A stretch of DNA of 64,000 nucleotides from Candidatus Pacearchaeota archaeon CG10_big_fil_rev_8_21_14_0_10_31_59 (GCA_002763115.1 PFCW01000002.1:131703-195702); one strand, 5' to 3'; counted from the first letter of the stretch, positions 16,900 through 28,301 are shown. Program-made: numbers and translations. The notes: generated by a model not told the origin, from the letters alone.

Positions 16900-17184
16900 T
16901 TTGTTAACTAATTAATCTATTTTTTATTACCTACCCATACCCCATCATTTCTTATAGAAACATTTATAAATAAAATCAGGATTTTCGTTTTTATTTTTTA
17001 ATTTTAATTTATAAATATTTATATAATATAATATATATATTATATAATATATATTAAATAAGCTATATCTTTTTACTTTAAAATTTTATTTTGAGTTTAG
17101 TTCTATAAGAAATATAGGTCCCCACCTTTATTTTTAAACACATAAAATTTTATAAAACAAGAAAAGAGTTATTTACTGGGAAAA
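16900..17184. promoter_or_regulatory. predicted chromosomal replication origin: AT-rich unwinding element flanked by inverted ORB-like repeats, directly upstream of orc1/cdc6
   Basis: Core ATTTCTTATAGAAAC at 16947-16961 (preceded by a C-rich string cctacccataccccatc). Its reverse complement lies at 17100-17115 (gttctataagaaatat, followed by ggtccccacc). Between them is an (AT)n / TATAAT-rich tract (~16990-17060). Confidence 0.6.
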
Positions 17185-18387
17185 ATGGGGATAAAACTAG
17201 ATAATATATTTGATGCGTTTTCAAAAAATTTTATTTTTAGAAATAAGAATATACTACAATCTAATTACACCCCTGAAACTATTCTACACAGAGATGAACA
17301 AATCAAACAGGTTGCATCTATTCTTAGACCGGCTTTAAGATTAGAAAAGCCATCTAATTTATTTCTCTATGGATTAACCGGAACCGGAAAAACCTTGGTT
17401 GTTCAATATGTGCGAAACCAACTGCTTGAAAGGGCAGAAAAACAAAAACTGAATTTAAAAATAGAATATATCAACTGCAAATTAAAAAAAGTCGGAGATA
17501 CTGAATACAGGATATTAGCAGAACTTTTAAGAAAGTTTGGAGAAGATATTCCATTTACCGGGCTGCCAACAGGCCAGCTTTATCAAAAATTTACCGAGTT
17601 AATTGAAAATAAAACTCAACTTTTCATAATAATATTGGATGAAATAGACCAGGCTGTAAGGAGGATAGGGGATGGATTTTTATATACCCTAACAAGAATT
17701 AACTCAGAATTAAAAAATTCACAAATTTCACTTATAGGAATAAGCAACGATACCAAATTTATTGATCAGTTAGACCCAAGGATAAAATCCTCATTAAGCG
17801 AGGAAGAATTAATTTTTCCGCCATATAATGCCTTACAATTGAAAGATGTTTTAGCATCAAGGTCAAAAACAGCATTTAAGGAAGGGGTTATCGGGGAAGG
17901 GGTAATAAACAAATGTGCGGCTTATGCAGCATTATCCCACGGAGATGCGCGAAGAGCGTTAGATTTATTAAGAGTTTCCGGAGAATTGGCGGAAAGAAGA
18001 GGAGCCAAGGAAGTTACTGAAAAAGATTTGGATGAAGCAAAAGAAAAAATAGAAAAAGACAGAATACTTGATTTAATTAAAACACAACCAAAACAATTTC
18101 ATTTTGTTTTGTACTCAATACTCTTACTTGAAGAAAACAAAAAAAATAAAATTTTCACAGGCGATATTTACAGAACTTATGAAAAATTGTGTAAAAACAT
18201 GGTTATAGAATGCTTAACACAGAGAAGAGTTGGGGATATAATTGCAGAATTTGATATGGTTGGAATTGTTAATGCAAAAGTTATTTCAAAAGGCAGGGGT
18301 GGCAGAACTCGCGAAATAAAATTAGCCATTCCAGAGACCTTAATTCCGAAAGTAAAGGAGATATTAGAACAATCACTGAATATATAA
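17185..18387 (+). CDS. cdc6: Orc1/Cdc6 replication initiator
   Basis: 400 aa. AAA+ Walker A GLTGTGKT, Walker B IIILDEID, sensor/arginine region, C-terminal winged helix (...VGIVNAKVISKGRGGRTREIKL). Confidence 0.9.
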   Translation: MGIKLDNIFDAFSKNFIFRNKNILQSNYTPETILHRDEQIKQVASILRPALRLEKPSNLFLYGLTGTGKTLVVQYVRNQLLERAEKQKLNLKIEYINCKLKKVGDTEYRILAELLRKFGEDIPFTGLPTGQLYQKFTELIENKTQLFIIILDEIDQAVRRIGDGFLYTLTRINSELKNSQISLIGISNDTKFIDQLDPRIKSSLSEEELIFPPYNALQLKDVLASRSKTAFKEGVIGEGVINKCAAYAALSHGDARRALDLLRVSGELAERRGAKEVTEKDLDEAKEKIEKDRILDLIKTQPKQFHFVLYSILLLEENKKNKIFTGDIYRTYEKLCKNMVIECLTQRRVGDIIAEFDMVGIVNAKVISKGRGGRTREIKLAIPETLIPKVKEILEQSLNI

Positions 18388-18414
18388 CTTTAAATTCAAA
18401 CATAGCAGAAAAAG

Positions 18415-20016
18415 ATGGTATTAAATTTAATACAAACTTTAATCAAAGAAGGATTTCTTATAGATTCTTCCCTGAAAGATTTTCTTTTGAAGATTCCAGA
18501 AGACTGTCTTGATACATTCAAAGAGATCTTATTCAGTTTAAATCCACCACAGTTGATATCCCGGACTTTTTTCCAAGAAAACTCAGAAAAATTTTCAACA
18601 TTATTTACAAATAAAATAATAAACTTTCCAGACTCGGAAAAAAAGAGGAATTTGGAGGCATTGAAAGAGCTTTTTTTATCATCTTTTATAAAAAAAGAAG
18701 TTTCTCCGAGCTTAAAAACCCCAAAGAAAAAAGAAAAATCAGTTAAGGAAAAAACAAATTCCCCAAGAAATAAATTAACTATCCTTTCTGCTCCCTGTAT
18801 TGACAACGAAAAAGAGATTGAAGTTGCAGATTTCGTAGCTTATTTTAGGGACAGATTAAAATATCTAAAAACTATTTTGGAAAATAACACCGAACTTGAA
18901 AATTTGACAACAATAAATAAAATCTCCTCGCAAAGACAAAATATCTCCATTATCGGCATGATTTATAGCATTAATCACACAAAAAATAAAAATATTCTTT
19001 TGGAAATAGAAGATTTAACTGGAAGAATAAGTGTTTTAATTCATCAATCAAAAGAAGAACTTTTTAACAAAACAAAATATTTGGTTCTTGACGAAGTTAT
19101 AGCAGTAAGGGGAAGCGGAAACTCCGAAATAATTTTTGCCAATGACGTCTTTTTTCCGGAAGTTATTAAACAAAAAAAATCTTTTATAGCTGAAGAGGAA
19201 ATTGCTTTATTTACGGGAGATTTGCATGTCGGATCCAATAATTTTTTAGAGGAAAATTTTACCAAATTTGTAAAATGGATTAATGGAGAGATTGGAAGTG
19301 AAAAACAGAGGGAATTTGCCAAATCAGTCAAATATCTTTTTATACTTGGGGATTTAATTTCGGGAATCGGGGTCTATCCGGGTCAGGAGGAAAATTTAGT
19401 CATAAAAGATATTAAAAATCAATTTATTAAATTTATAGAATTAATCTCAGATGTAAGGAAAGATGTTGATATAATAATTATCCCCGGAAATCATGATCCT
19501 GTCAGAATTGCAGAACCGCAACCACAATTTGAAGGAGATTACTCTAAAAAATTATATTTAATGGAGAATGTTTATGTTTTGCCAAATCCCTCTGTCGTTA
19601 ATATAGGAATTTCTCCAGAAACACAGGGGGTTAATATTCTTCTTTATCATGGATATTCATTTGATTATTACCACCTAAACATAGATTATTTAAGGTTAAA
19701 CAGAGCAAACGAAAGACCGGAATTTATACACAGATTATTGTTACAGAAAAGACATTTAGCACCAAGTCATTCCTCTACTTTATATATTCCGAATGAAAAA
19801 GACAATCATCTTATCAGAATTATCCCGGATATTTTTGCCACAGGACATTTACACACGAGTTCTGTTGCAAACATAAATAACATTTTATGCATATCAGCAT
19901 CTTGCTGGGAATCAAGAACAGATTTCCAGGAAAAAGTAGGGCATATGCCGGACCCATGTAAAGTTCCAGCCGTGAATTTAAAAACAGGAAAAGTAAAAAT
20001 TTTGGATTTCAGCTAA
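18415..20016 (+). CDS. DNA polymerase II (PolD) small subunit DP1 (3'-5' exonuclease, calcineurin-like)
   Basis: 533 aa. N-terminal region, OB domain, then phosphoesterase motifs FTGDLHVGS, ILGDLISGIGVYPG, IIIPGNHDP, TGHLH. Confidence 0.9.
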   Translation: MVLNLIQTLIKEGFLIDSSLKDFLLKIPEDCLDTFKEILFSLNPPQLISRTFFQENSEKFSTLFTNKIINFPDSEKKRNLEALKELFLSSFIKKEVSPSLKTPKKKEKSVKEKTNSPRNKLTILSAPCIDNEKEIEVADFVAYFRDRLKYLKTILENNTELENLTTINKISSQRQNISIIGMIYSINHTKNKNILLEIEDLTGRISVLIHQSKEELFNKTKYLVLDEVIAVRGSGNSEIIFANDVFFPEVIKQKKSFIAEEEIALFTGDLHVGSNNFLEENFTKFVKWINGEIGSEKQREFAKSVKYLFILGDLISGIGVYPGQEENLVIKDIKNQFIKFIELISDVRKDVDIIIIPGNHDPVRIAEPQPQFEGDYSKKLYLMENVYVLPNPSVVNIGISPETQGVNILLYHGYSFDYYHLNIDYLRLNRANERPEFIHRLLLQKRHLAPSHSSTLYIPNEKDNHLIRIIPDIFATGHLHTSSVANINNILCISASCWESRTDFQEKVGHMPDPCKVPAVNLKTGKVKILDFS

Positions 20017-20017
20017 A

Positions 20018-20584
20018 ATGATTACAGAACAGATAAAAAAATTTGTTGAAGAAGAATGCAACAAACCAACATCCAAATACGGGTACAGGGCTTTTATTTA
20101 TCATGTTCTACCTGTGCGTAATTATGCTCTTACTCTCGGAAAAAAACTCATCGAAGAAGGAAAAAAAGTAGACATGGAAATTGTTGAATTGGCAGCATGG
20201 TTGCATGACATTGGTTCAGTAATGCATAGAAGAAAGGATCATCATATAACTGGTGCAAGAATAACCGGAGAAAAATTGGCTGAGTTAAATTATCCAGCAG
20301 AAAAAATAAAAAAAGTTCAGCATTGTATTTTTTCCCACAGAGGCTCTCAAAAAATAAAAAGAGAAACAATTGAAGCGCAAATAATTGCAGATGCAGATTC
20401 CATGTCTCATTTTGATGACATTCCCGGATTATTTATTTCAACATTTATTTATGAAAAATTAAGCGAGGGTGAATCACGAAAATCTGTAGTTAACAAATTA
20501 GAAAATTCATGGAAAAAAATCTCGCCGAAAGCCAGAAAAATTGTTAAACAAAAATATGAAGCAGCTATGCTATTGCTAAAATGA
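20018..20584 (+). CDS. HD-domain phosphohydrolase
   Basis: 188 aa. H...HD motif (AAWLHDIGS) and downstream His/Asp (FSHRG, ADADSMSH). Stop TGA overlaps the DP2 ATG (ATGA at 20581-20584). Confidence 0.7.
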   Translation: MITEQIKKFVEEECNKPTSKYGYRAFIYHVLPVRNYALTLGKKLIEEGKKVDMEIVELAAWLHDIGSVMHRRKDHHITGARITGEKLAELNYPAEKIKKVQHCIFSHRGSQKIKRETIEAQIIADADSMSHFDDIPGLFISTFIYEKLSEGESRKSVVNKLENSWKKISPKARKIVKQKYEAAMLLLK

Positions 20585-23500
20585 ATTTACCAGAATATTT
20601 CAAAAATTTGGAAGAAGATGTTCATAAAATTTATGATTTAGCTGCAGAAGCAAGAAAAAAAGGTCTGGATCCGGTTTCAGATGTTGAAATTTCCCTAGCA
20701 TCTTCCTTGGCAGAAAGGGCGATTGGAGTTGTTGAGACAAAATACCCACAATTAAAAAATGAAAAAATTATTAACAGAATAAAAGATTTGGAAAAAGAAT
20801 TTGGTTTGTTAGATCCAGTCGTTTGTCTGACAATTGCAGAAGAAGTTGCAAAAGAAAAATTCTGCAAGTTTAGAGATCTATTGGAAGGGATTGATGCTGG
20901 TATGCGTGTAGGGATGGCTTATTGGACTTTGGGAGTTGTTTCCTCGCCATTGGAGGGGTATACTAATTTTACCCTGAAAAAAACAAAAGATGGAAAAGAT
21001 TTTTTTTCAGTTTATTACTCCGGTCCGATCAGAAGTGCAGGAGCTACGGGAGCAGCTTTCTCTTTGATAATAATAGATTATCTGAGAAAACTTTTTGGGT
21101 TTGCAAAATATGATCCAACAGAAGAAGAGGTGAAGAGAGCTTCTACAGAACTATATGATTATCATGAAAGAATAACTAATTTACAGTATCTTCCGCCTCC
21201 GGAAGAGATAGAATTCATGATGAAACATCTCCCGATTATGCCAAATGGAGACCCGAGCGAAGACAAGGAAATATCCAATTATAAGGATTTGCCAAGGATT
21301 GAAACTAACACGATTCGATCAGGTTTCTGCTTGATTCTTGGGGAAGGAATATGTCAGAAAGCACCGAAAATTTCAAGAATCTTAAATAAATTAAAACAAA
21401 AAGGTTTTGAATTTGAAGACTGGAATTTTTTAGAAGATTTTATTCTGCTACAAAAAAAACTAAAAGAAAAAAAAGAAACAGGAAGTTCCAAGGGAGGAGC
21501 TGTTTACATAAAAGATTTGGTAGCTGGAAGACCTGTTTTAGGGCATCCCTCGAGGAGCGGCTCATTCAGATTAAGATATGGTAGAAGCAGATTTAGTGGT
21601 TATTCTGCATTGTCCATACATCCTGCAACCATGATAATTTTAAATAAATTTTTAGCAATAGGAACACAAATCAAAATAGAAAAGCCAACAAAAGGCAGCG
21701 CATTGACTTCTTGCGACAGTATCGACGGACCGATAATCAAGCTAAAAGATGGAAGCGTCAGAAAAATAGACAGTGTTGAAGATGCTGAAAAATATTTTAA
21801 CGAGGTAAAAGAAATAATCTATTGCGGGGATTTGTTGGTTCCTTACGGTGATTTTGCAAACAGAAATCATGTTTTGGAAAAGCCAGGTTATGTTGAAGAA
21901 TACTGGTATCAACATTTAAAACAAAAAAACAGCGATTTGAAATTAAACTTTAGAAAGGTTTCACTGGAAGAAGCAAAAAATTTATCTGAAACTTATAAAA
22001 TACCTTTACATCCCAATTTTATATTTTACTGGTCACAAATAAATAAAAATGATCTGGATAGACTTCTTGACTGGATAAAAACTGCCAAATTAGATGAGGA
22101 AAAATTAATCTTAAATTATCAGAAATCAGAATATGAAAAATTAAAAGAGGCAAAAAGAGCTCTTGAAGTGCTGGGTGTTCCGCATTTAGTCACAACAGAA
22201 AATGTTGTTATTGAAAAACCATATTCATCAGCTTTATTGTTAAATTTAAACTTAAATTCATTTGCCGATATCGGAAAAATTAAAGAAAAACTGAATTCTT
22301 TTGAAGGAAATGTTTTACAATTTATAAATTCTAAAGAATTTCTTGGATTTGAAATTAGGGATAAGGCCGGAACTTTTATAGGTGCAAGGATGGGAAGGCC
22401 GGAAAAAGCAAAATTAAGGAAATTAACTGGCAGCCCGAATGTTTTATTTCCTGTTGGGGAGCAAGGGGGTAAGATGAGATCTCTGCAAAAAGCACTTGAA
22501 GATGGTTATGTCAAGGCAGATTTTCCCTTATTTTTTTGTGAAAAATGCAACAAGGAAACGATTTATTTTATCTGTGAAGATTGTAAAAGTGAAACCAAAA
22601 AAATTTATTATTGTTCAAATTGCGGCAGAAATTTTTCGAGCGATAACTGTCCAATTCACGGGAAGGCCGCCAGTTTTACAAAAAAAAGAATAAACATAGC
22701 CCATTATTTCGAAGCTGCAAGAACTCAGCTTAATTTAAGCAGGGAAGAAACACCTGTTTTAATCAAAGGGGTAAAAGGAATCTCATCGGTTGATCATATC
22801 CCCGAACATTTATCAAAAGGAATTTTAAGATCCATGTTCAATTTGCACGTCAATAAAGACGGTACGATAAGGTATGATGCAACAGAATTACCGATTACAC
22901 ATTTTAAACCAAAAGAGATAGGAACCTCTATAGAAAAATTGAAACAACTTGGTTATTTAAGGGATATTGAAAATAAACCTTTGGAAAATGGGGAACAGAT
23001 TTTAGAGATTAAACCACATGACGTTTTATTGCCTTCATGCCCAAACAGTTTAGATGAACCTGCAGATAAAGTATTTCTTAATATTGCGAATTTTATAGAT
23101 AATTTATTAGTCAGATTTTATAATTTGAAACCGTTTTTTAATGCAACAAAAAAAGAAGATTTGATAGGGCACTTGGTTTTATGCATAGCCCCACACAATG
23201 TAGCAGGTGTAGTCGGAAGAATCATAGGTTTTTCAAAAATTCAGGCCATGGTAGCTTCTCCATACATGCATGCGGCAATGAGGAGGGACTGTGATGGTGA
23301 TGAGGCAGCATTCATTTTATTGATGGACGCTTTGCTTAATTTCTCAAAAAAATATCTTCCAGGTTATAGAGGTGCAACACAAGATGCTCCATTAGTTTTG
23401 AACATAAGAATTCGGCCGGGAGAAGTTGATGACATGATATTTGATATGGATGTTATGACTGAATATCCTCTGGAATTATACGAAGCTGCAGAACAGGGAA

Positions 23501-24042
23501 AGATGCCGGATGAAATTAAAATTGAGCAAATAAAACATCGCTTGGGGGATGAGATAGCACCATTCAGAAATTTTGGTTTTACCCATAGTATTGAAAATAT
23601 TAATTCCGGAGTTTTATGCTCCGCATATAAAACTTTGGCAAACATGCAGCAAAAAGTTGAAAAGCAGATGGATTTGGCGACAAAAATAAGGGCTGTTGAT
23701 GAGAGCGATGTTGCACGGTTAGTTATTGAAAGACATTTTATAAGGGATATAAGGGGAAATTTAAGAAAATTCTTTATGCAGGGCTTCAGATGTGTTGATT
23801 GTAATGAGAAATTCAGAAGACCGCCATTAATCGGGAACTGTACAAAATGCAATGGAAAAATAATCTTTACAATAAACAAAGGAGGGATTGTAAAATATCT
23901 TCAGCCAGCATTAGACTTGGCAGAAAATTTTAATGTATCTTCATATATAAAAGAATCACTGGAATTAACAAAAAATTATGTTGAATCTGTCTTCGGCAAA
24001 GAGAAAGAAAGGCAGGAAGATTTGAAGAAGTGGTTTTCATAA
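20581..24042 (+). CDS. DNA polymerase II (PolD) large catalytic subunit DP2
   Basis: 1153 aa, no intein. Cys clusters CEKCNKETIYFICEDCKSE...CSNCG and C-terminal CVDCNEKFRRPPLIGNCTKCNGK (Zn fingers). DPBB catalytic region typical of DP2. Confidence 0.9.
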   Translation: MNLPEYFKNLEEDVHKIYDLAAEARKKGLDPVSDVEISLASSLAERAIGVVETKYPQLKNEKIINRIKDLEKEFGLLDPVVCLTIAEEVAKEKFCKFRDLLEGIDAGMRVGMAYWTLGVVSSPLEGYTNFTLKKTKDGKDFFSVYYSGPIRSAGATGAAFSLIIIDYLRKLFGFAKYDPTEEEVKRASTELYDYHERITNLQYLPPPEEIEFMMKHLPIMPNGDPSEDKEISNYKDLPRIETNTIRSGFCLILGEGICQKAPKISRILNKLKQKGFEFEDWNFLEDFILLQKKLKEKKETGSSKGGAVYIKDLVAGRPVLGHPSRSGSFRLRYGRSRFSGYSALSIHPATMIILNKFLAIGTQIKIEKPTKGSALTSCDSIDGPIIKLKDGSVRKIDSVEDAEKYFNEVKEIIYCGDLLVPYGDFANRNHVLEKPGYVEEYWYQHLKQKNSDLKLNFRKVSLEEAKNLSETYKIPLHPNFIFYWSQINKNDLDRLLDWIKTAKLDEEKLILNYQKSEYEKLKEAKRALEVLGVPHLVTTENVVIEKPYSSALLLNLNLNSFADIGKIKEKLNSFEGNVLQFINSKEFLGFEIRDKAGTFIGARMGRPEKAKLRKLTGSPNVLFPVGEQGGKMRSLQKALEDGYVKADFPLFFCEKCNKETIYFICEDCKSETKKIYYCSNCGRNFSSDNCPIHGKAASFTKKRINIAHYFEAARTQLNLSREETPVLIKGVKGISSVDHIPEHLSKGILRSMFNLHVNKDGTIRYDATELPITHFKPKEIGTSIEKLKQLGYLRDIENKPLENGEQILEIKPHDVLLPSCPNSLDEPADKVFLNIANFIDNLLVRFYNLKPFFNATKKEDLIGHLVLCIAPHNVAGVVGRIIGFSKIQAMVASPYMHAAMRRDCDGDEAAFILLMDALLNFSKKYLPGYRGATQDAPLVLNIRIRPGEVDDMIFDMDVMTEYPLELYEAAEQGKMPDEIKIEQIKHRLGDEIAPFRNFGFTHSIENINSGVLCSAYKTLANMQQKVEKQMDLATKIRAVDESDVARLVIERHFIRDIRGNLRKFFMQGFRCVDCNEKFRRPPLIGNCTKCNGKIIFTINKGGIVKYLQPALDLAENFNVSSYIKESLELTKNYVESVFGKEKERQEDLKKWFS

Positions 24043-24489
24043 AGTAGTTATAGCTCTGCTCTGCAAAATGTAAATTTTTTGTCCAGCAATAGCCCATTCA
24101 ATATCCTGCGGTTTTTTATAATGTTTTTCTATCGCAATACCTAACTTTCCCAATTCAATAACTTCTTTTTCAGTTAAACATTCAGAGTTTGCTTTTTTAT
24201 TGTCAAGTTTTATTGTTTTATTTTTTCCGTTACAATCTCTTATTATGGCAATTCTTTTTTCATTGATACTTTTTGAAATTATTTTTAATTTATTTTTGTC
24301 TAGAATATAATTGTCCAGATTTACTTGTCCAGAAACAACACTTTCACCCAAACCGAAACTTCCTTCAATTATTATCTCATTTTTATTTTTGTTTACGGGA
24401 TTTACTGTAAACATAACTCCGGCTTTTTCAGAGTTTACCATTTCCTGGCCAACAACACAGATAAGAACCTTTTCATATTCAAATTTCAA
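24037..24489 (-). pseudogene. truncated PEP-utilising enzyme N-terminal (PPDK_N/ATP-grasp) domain fragment; gene remnant
   Basis: 150 aa covering only the distal half of a PPDK_N domain (SEKAGVMFTVNPV...QDIEWAIAGQKIYILQSRAIT). No N-terminal half upstream. Region 24465-24590 on the + strand also reads as an orphan C-terminal peptide (...IGEDELVIEIEDERVAQGYQHFFNLLWKQAKP*) with no start. Confidence 0.45.
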
Positions 24490-24586
24490 TTATCGGTGAA
24501 GACGAATTAGTTATAGAAATTGAAGACGAGAGAGTTGCTCAAGGTTATCAACATTTTTTTAATCTTTTGTGGAAACAAGCAAAACC

Positions 24587-25564
24587 TTAATCAAACAATT
24601 TTTCAATATCTTTTATTTCTTCGAGAAGACGGGCTTCCTCTTTTTCAACAACTTTTGAAGCGACATAAGAAGCTATTTTTCCAGATGTTTTAATATTCAA
24701 GCCATTGACTATTCCATGCAAAAATCCTGCCGCATAAGCATCACCTGCGCCGTTTGTGTTTATGACATCAACCTTGTTTATAGGAATTTTATAAATTTTA
24801 TCCTTGTGTTTTATCAAACTGCCTTTTTCCCCGAGTTTTACAACAGCAATTTCGCAATTATAATCATCACAAATTTTATTTAATGCCTCCTCTGCTTTTA
24901 GATTTGTCAAAGCAAATGCCTCGTCTTCATTTACGAATATTATATCTGCATGTTCCTTGACTATGTCTTTTAAAACTTCCAAATTTCTCAAGATTAAATT
25001 CGCATCAGATAAATCCAAGGAAATTTTTGTATTATTCTCTTTTGCAATTTTTATAGCATGCAAGACAGCTTCCCTTAATAACGGTTCTTCCAAAACATAA
25101 CCTTCTGTATGGAATATCTTTCCTTTTTTAATTTCATCTTCAAGAATATCTTCTTTTCTAAGGTGCAGAGATGAACCAAGATAAGTTGCAAAAGTTCTTT
25201 CTTTATCTGGAGTTATAAAAGTAATTGCAAAGCCAGTTGTTTCATGTCTGCTTAATTTTGGGATTGTACTTTCTTTCGAAGTTATTTCCTCGTAAATTTT
25301 TCCATGTTCATCATTCCCAACTTTTCCAATTAATAAAGTTTTATTTCCCAATCTGGCCAATCCAGATAATGTATTTGCAGCACTTCCGCCAGCATGAATT
25401 TTTATTTTCCTGCCTTTTATTTTTTCAAGAATTTCCTTTCCTTTTTCTTCGTCAACAAGATGCGTTTTTCCTTTTTCTAATTGTAGTTCAGCTAGAAACC
25501 AATCATCAACTTCAACTATAAAATCTAAAAGAATATTTCCAATTCCGACAACATCATATTCCAT
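24587..25564 (-). CDS. PfkB-family carbohydrate/nucleoside kinase (adenosine-kinase-like)
   Basis: Probable start is Met 25564 (MEYDVVGIGNILLDF); the ORF-track extension to 25615 overlaps ahcY. Gly-Gly motif region. C-terminal NTNGAGDAYAAGFL anion-hole motif. Adjacent to SAH hydrolase. Confidence 0.75.
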   Translation of the reverse strand: MEYDVVGIGNILLDFIVEVDDWFLAELQLEKGKTHLVDEEKGKEILEKIKGRKIKIHAGGSAANTLSGLARLGNKTLLIGKVGNDEHGKIYEEITSKESTIPKLSRHETTGFAITFITPDKERTFATYLGSSLHLRKEDILEDEIKKGKIFHTEGYVLEEPLLREAVLHAIKIAKENNTKISLDLSDANLILRNLEVLKDIVKEHADIIFVNEDEAFALTNLKAEEALNKICDDYNCEIAVVKLGEKGSLIKHKDKIYKIPINKVDVINTNGAGDAYAAGFLHGIVNGLNIKTSGKIASYVASKVVEKEEARLLEEIKDIEKLFD

Positions 25565-25565
25565 T

Positions 25566-26963
25566 TTAATATCTGTAATGGTCTGGTTTGTAAGGACCAT
25601 CAACATCAACATCAATATACTCTGCCTGTTCTTTGGTTAATTTTGTTAAATTAACATTTAATTTTTCCAAATGCAACCTGGCAACCTCTTCATCTAATTT
25701 TTTTGGTAGAGTATAAACACCAATTTCATAATTATTTTTCCATAAGTCAATCTGGGCTAAAATCTGATTTGTGAAAGAACTGCTCATTACAAAAGAAGGA
25801 TGTCCGTTTGCATTTCCCAAATTGACAAGTCTTCCTTCAGATAATAAAATTATTGAATGTCCGTCGGGGAAAATGTATTTATCAACCTGCGGTTTTATAT
25901 TTATTTTTTTAATTCCCAGATATTTCTCAAGTTTTTCAACCTGGATTTCATTGTCAAAATGTCCGATGTTACAAACTATTGAATTGTCCTTCATTTTTTC
26001 CATATGCTCAATTCTGATTATATTCTTATTTCCAGTTGCTGTTACAAAAATATCTGCCTCTTTTAAAACATCTTCAATAGTTTTAACTTCATAGCCCTCC
26101 ATTGCAGCTTGTAAAGCGCAAATCGGGTCTATTTCAGTCACGATAACTCTTGCACCAAATCCCCTCATTGACTGGCAGCAACCTTTTCCAACATCACCAT
26201 AACCACACACAACAACAACTTTTCCCGCAATCATTATACTTGTCGCTCTTTTTATCCCATCAACCAAACTTTCACGACAACCATACAGATTATCGAATTT
26301 GGATTTTGTAACAGAATCATTGACATTTATTGCTGGAAATAATAATTTTTTTTCTTTCATCATTTTATACAACCTGTTTACTCCGGTTGTTGTTTCTTCA
26401 GAAATTCCCCTTATTTTTGAAGCTATTTTTATCCATTTGTCTTTTTCCTTAGAATAAATCTCTTTTAATCTTAACATCAATTCATGATAATCTTCTCCCT
26501 CGTTGCTGTAATTTTCATTTAATAATTCCGGATTTTTTTCGATTTCAACACCTTTATGAACCATCAAAGTTGCATCACCACCGTCGTCAATGATTAAATC
26601 AGGACCTCCATCTGGAAAAGTTAAAGCTTGCTCAGCACACCACCAATATTCTTTTAATGTTTCACCTTTCCACGCGAAAACAGGGATTCCTTTTGAAGCT
26701 ATTGCAGCAGCAGCATGGTCCTGTGTTGAGAAAATATTGCAAGAACACCATCGGACATCTGCACCAAGCTTGACTAAAATTTCTATTAAAACAGCGGTTT
26801 GTATAGTCATATGCAAACTGCCGGTAATTTTGGCTCCTTTCAACGGTTTTTCATTTTCATATTTTTTTCTCAGAGCCATCAAACCAGGCATTTCTTTTTC
26901 AGCTATCTCTATTTCTTTTCTTCCGAATTCCGCCAAATTTATATCTTTTATTTTATAATCCAT
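25566..26963 (-). CDS. ahcY: adenosylhomocysteinase (S-adenosyl-L-homocysteine hydrolase)
   Basis: 465 aa. N-terminus [24 protein letters not shown]-binding [18 protein letters not shown]. Full-length homology in pattern. Confidence 0.9.
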   Translation of the reverse strand: MDYKIKDINLAEFGRKEIEIAEKEMPGLMALRKKYENEKPLKGAKITGSLHMTIQTAVLIEILVKLGADVRWCSCNIFSTQDHAAAAIASKGIPVFAWKGETLKEYWWCAEQALTFPDGGPDLIIDDGGDATLMVHKGVEIEKNPELLNENYSNEGEDYHELMLRLKEIYSKEKDKWIKIASKIRGISEETTTGVNRLYKMMKEKKLLFPAINVNDSVTKSKFDNLYGCRESLVDGIKRATSIMIAGKVVVVCGYGDVGKGCCQSMRGFGARVIVTEIDPICALQAAMEGYEVKTIEDVLKEADIFVTATGNKNIIRIEHMEKMKDNSIVCNIGHFDNEIQVEKLEKYLGIKKINIKPQVDKYIFPDGHSIILLSEGRLVNLGNANGHPSFVMSSSFTNQILAQIDLWKNNYEIGVYTLPKKLDEEVARLHLEKLNVNLTKLTKEQAEYIDVDVDGPYKPDHYRY

Positions 26964-28269
26964 TTTTTCTTTCTTCTTCGTATTTTTTTAGAAGTTCAGC
27001 AAACAAGAAAGGAACAAATGTCATCTTATTAAAATTTTCTATGTATGCTATCCTCATCTGCGTTCTTCCGGGATTTTCTTCAGAATTTTTTACGCTATAA
27101 AATCCTTCCATCGGAGCAACCAATAGAGTATATTCTTCTCCTCTATACTTTATTTTTCCTTTTGAAGCGCAATACAAAACAAAATCTTTTGCGCTAAAAT
27201 CTTTTTTTACGATATTTCTTACATCTATAACAGAATAAATTGATGCTTCCGGAAGAGAAACAATAATTCCGGGAAGAGATTTGACCAATTCATCTCTAAT
27301 TTTAGTTATCATTTTTTTATAATATTTTGATTGTTTCTTATACCATTTTCTAAGTTTTTTTGGACTTTCATTTGCCAAAGAACCAAAAATATACTGACCG
27401 ATTATATTGGCACATAAACTTGCTGTGCTTTCTGCTACAGATTTTTCATGAAATTCTTTGTTGTCTGTAATTAAAGCTCCAATTCTTAAACCACAGGCAT
27501 TCCAGACTTTGGATGAAGTTTCAATAGAAATCCTTCTTCCTTCAATTCTCGGAACTTTTTCATTGGTTATTCCCCACACACTGGAAATTTTTTCATTTCC
27601 GTAATATAATTCACGATAAGCTTCATCACTTATCATCCATAAATTATACTTAACACATAATTTTGCTAATTCATTCAAAATTTCTTGATTAAAAAACTGT
27701 CCTGTTGGATTATCATAAGGGATAACAACCAATGCAGCAGGTTTTTCTCTTTTTATAACATCTTCAATTTCAGAAATCTTAGGCAGAGAAAATTTTCCGT
27801 TTTCTTCCAACTTTCTTTTTATGGAAATTGTTTTAACTCTCAATCTTTCTGCGAATGATTTATAATTAGGATAGGCAGGATCTATTAACAACAAGGGCTT
27901 TTTTTCAGTTGAACCGCTTCCGCAAGTTCCCAATATAACTAATTCCATTGCAAATGAACCACCGTCTGTAATCTGGCTGTATAAATTTTTTACATCGAAT
28001 CCGCTTGACGCAATTATATTCAAAAAAGCTTGGTTTGTTTCTTCCAGACCTTTTGTTATTGAGTATTCTACAACTCCTTTTTTGAAAAGAGAGTTTTTTG
28101 AAAAATTTTTCATTCTCTTTTTCATTAAAGGATGCATAGGCAAAGAAACATTTCCAATTGCAACATTAATATCTTTAACCTTATCCTTTCTTTTCAAAAA
28201 TTCAATCTGAGCTAATCTTATGGGTGATGGTAATCTTTTTTTAAAATGCTCTGAAATAACAGCTTCCAT
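26953..28269 (-). CDS. PLP-dependent aminotransferase (class I/II fold)
   Basis: 438 aa. ...[28 protein letters not shown] carries the PLP-Lys region (SxSK-like). Confidence 0.7.
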   Translation of the reverse strand: MEAVISEHFKKRLPSPIRLAQIEFLKRKDKVKDINVAIGNVSLPMHPLMKKRMKNFSKNSLFKKGVVEYSITKGLEETNQAFLNIIASSGFDVKNLYSQITDGGSFAMELVILGTCGSGSTEKKPLLLIDPAYPNYKSFAERLRVKTISIKRKLEENGKFSLPKISEIEDVIKREKPAALVVIPYDNPTGQFFNQEILNELAKLCVKYNLWMISDEAYRELYYGNEKISSVWGITNEKVPRIEGRRISIETSSKVWNACGLRIGALITDNKEFHEKSVAESTASLCANIIGQYIFGSLANESPKKLRKWYKKQSKYYKKMITKIRDELVKSLPGIIVSLPEASIYSVIDVRNIVKKDFSAKDFVLYCASKGKIKYRGEEYTLLVAPMEGFYSVKNSEENPGRTQMRIAYIENFNKMTFVPFLFAELLKKYEEERKNGL

Positions 28270-28301
28270 ATTAAGATTTCTCCTTACTTGTTTTTAAATT
28301 T

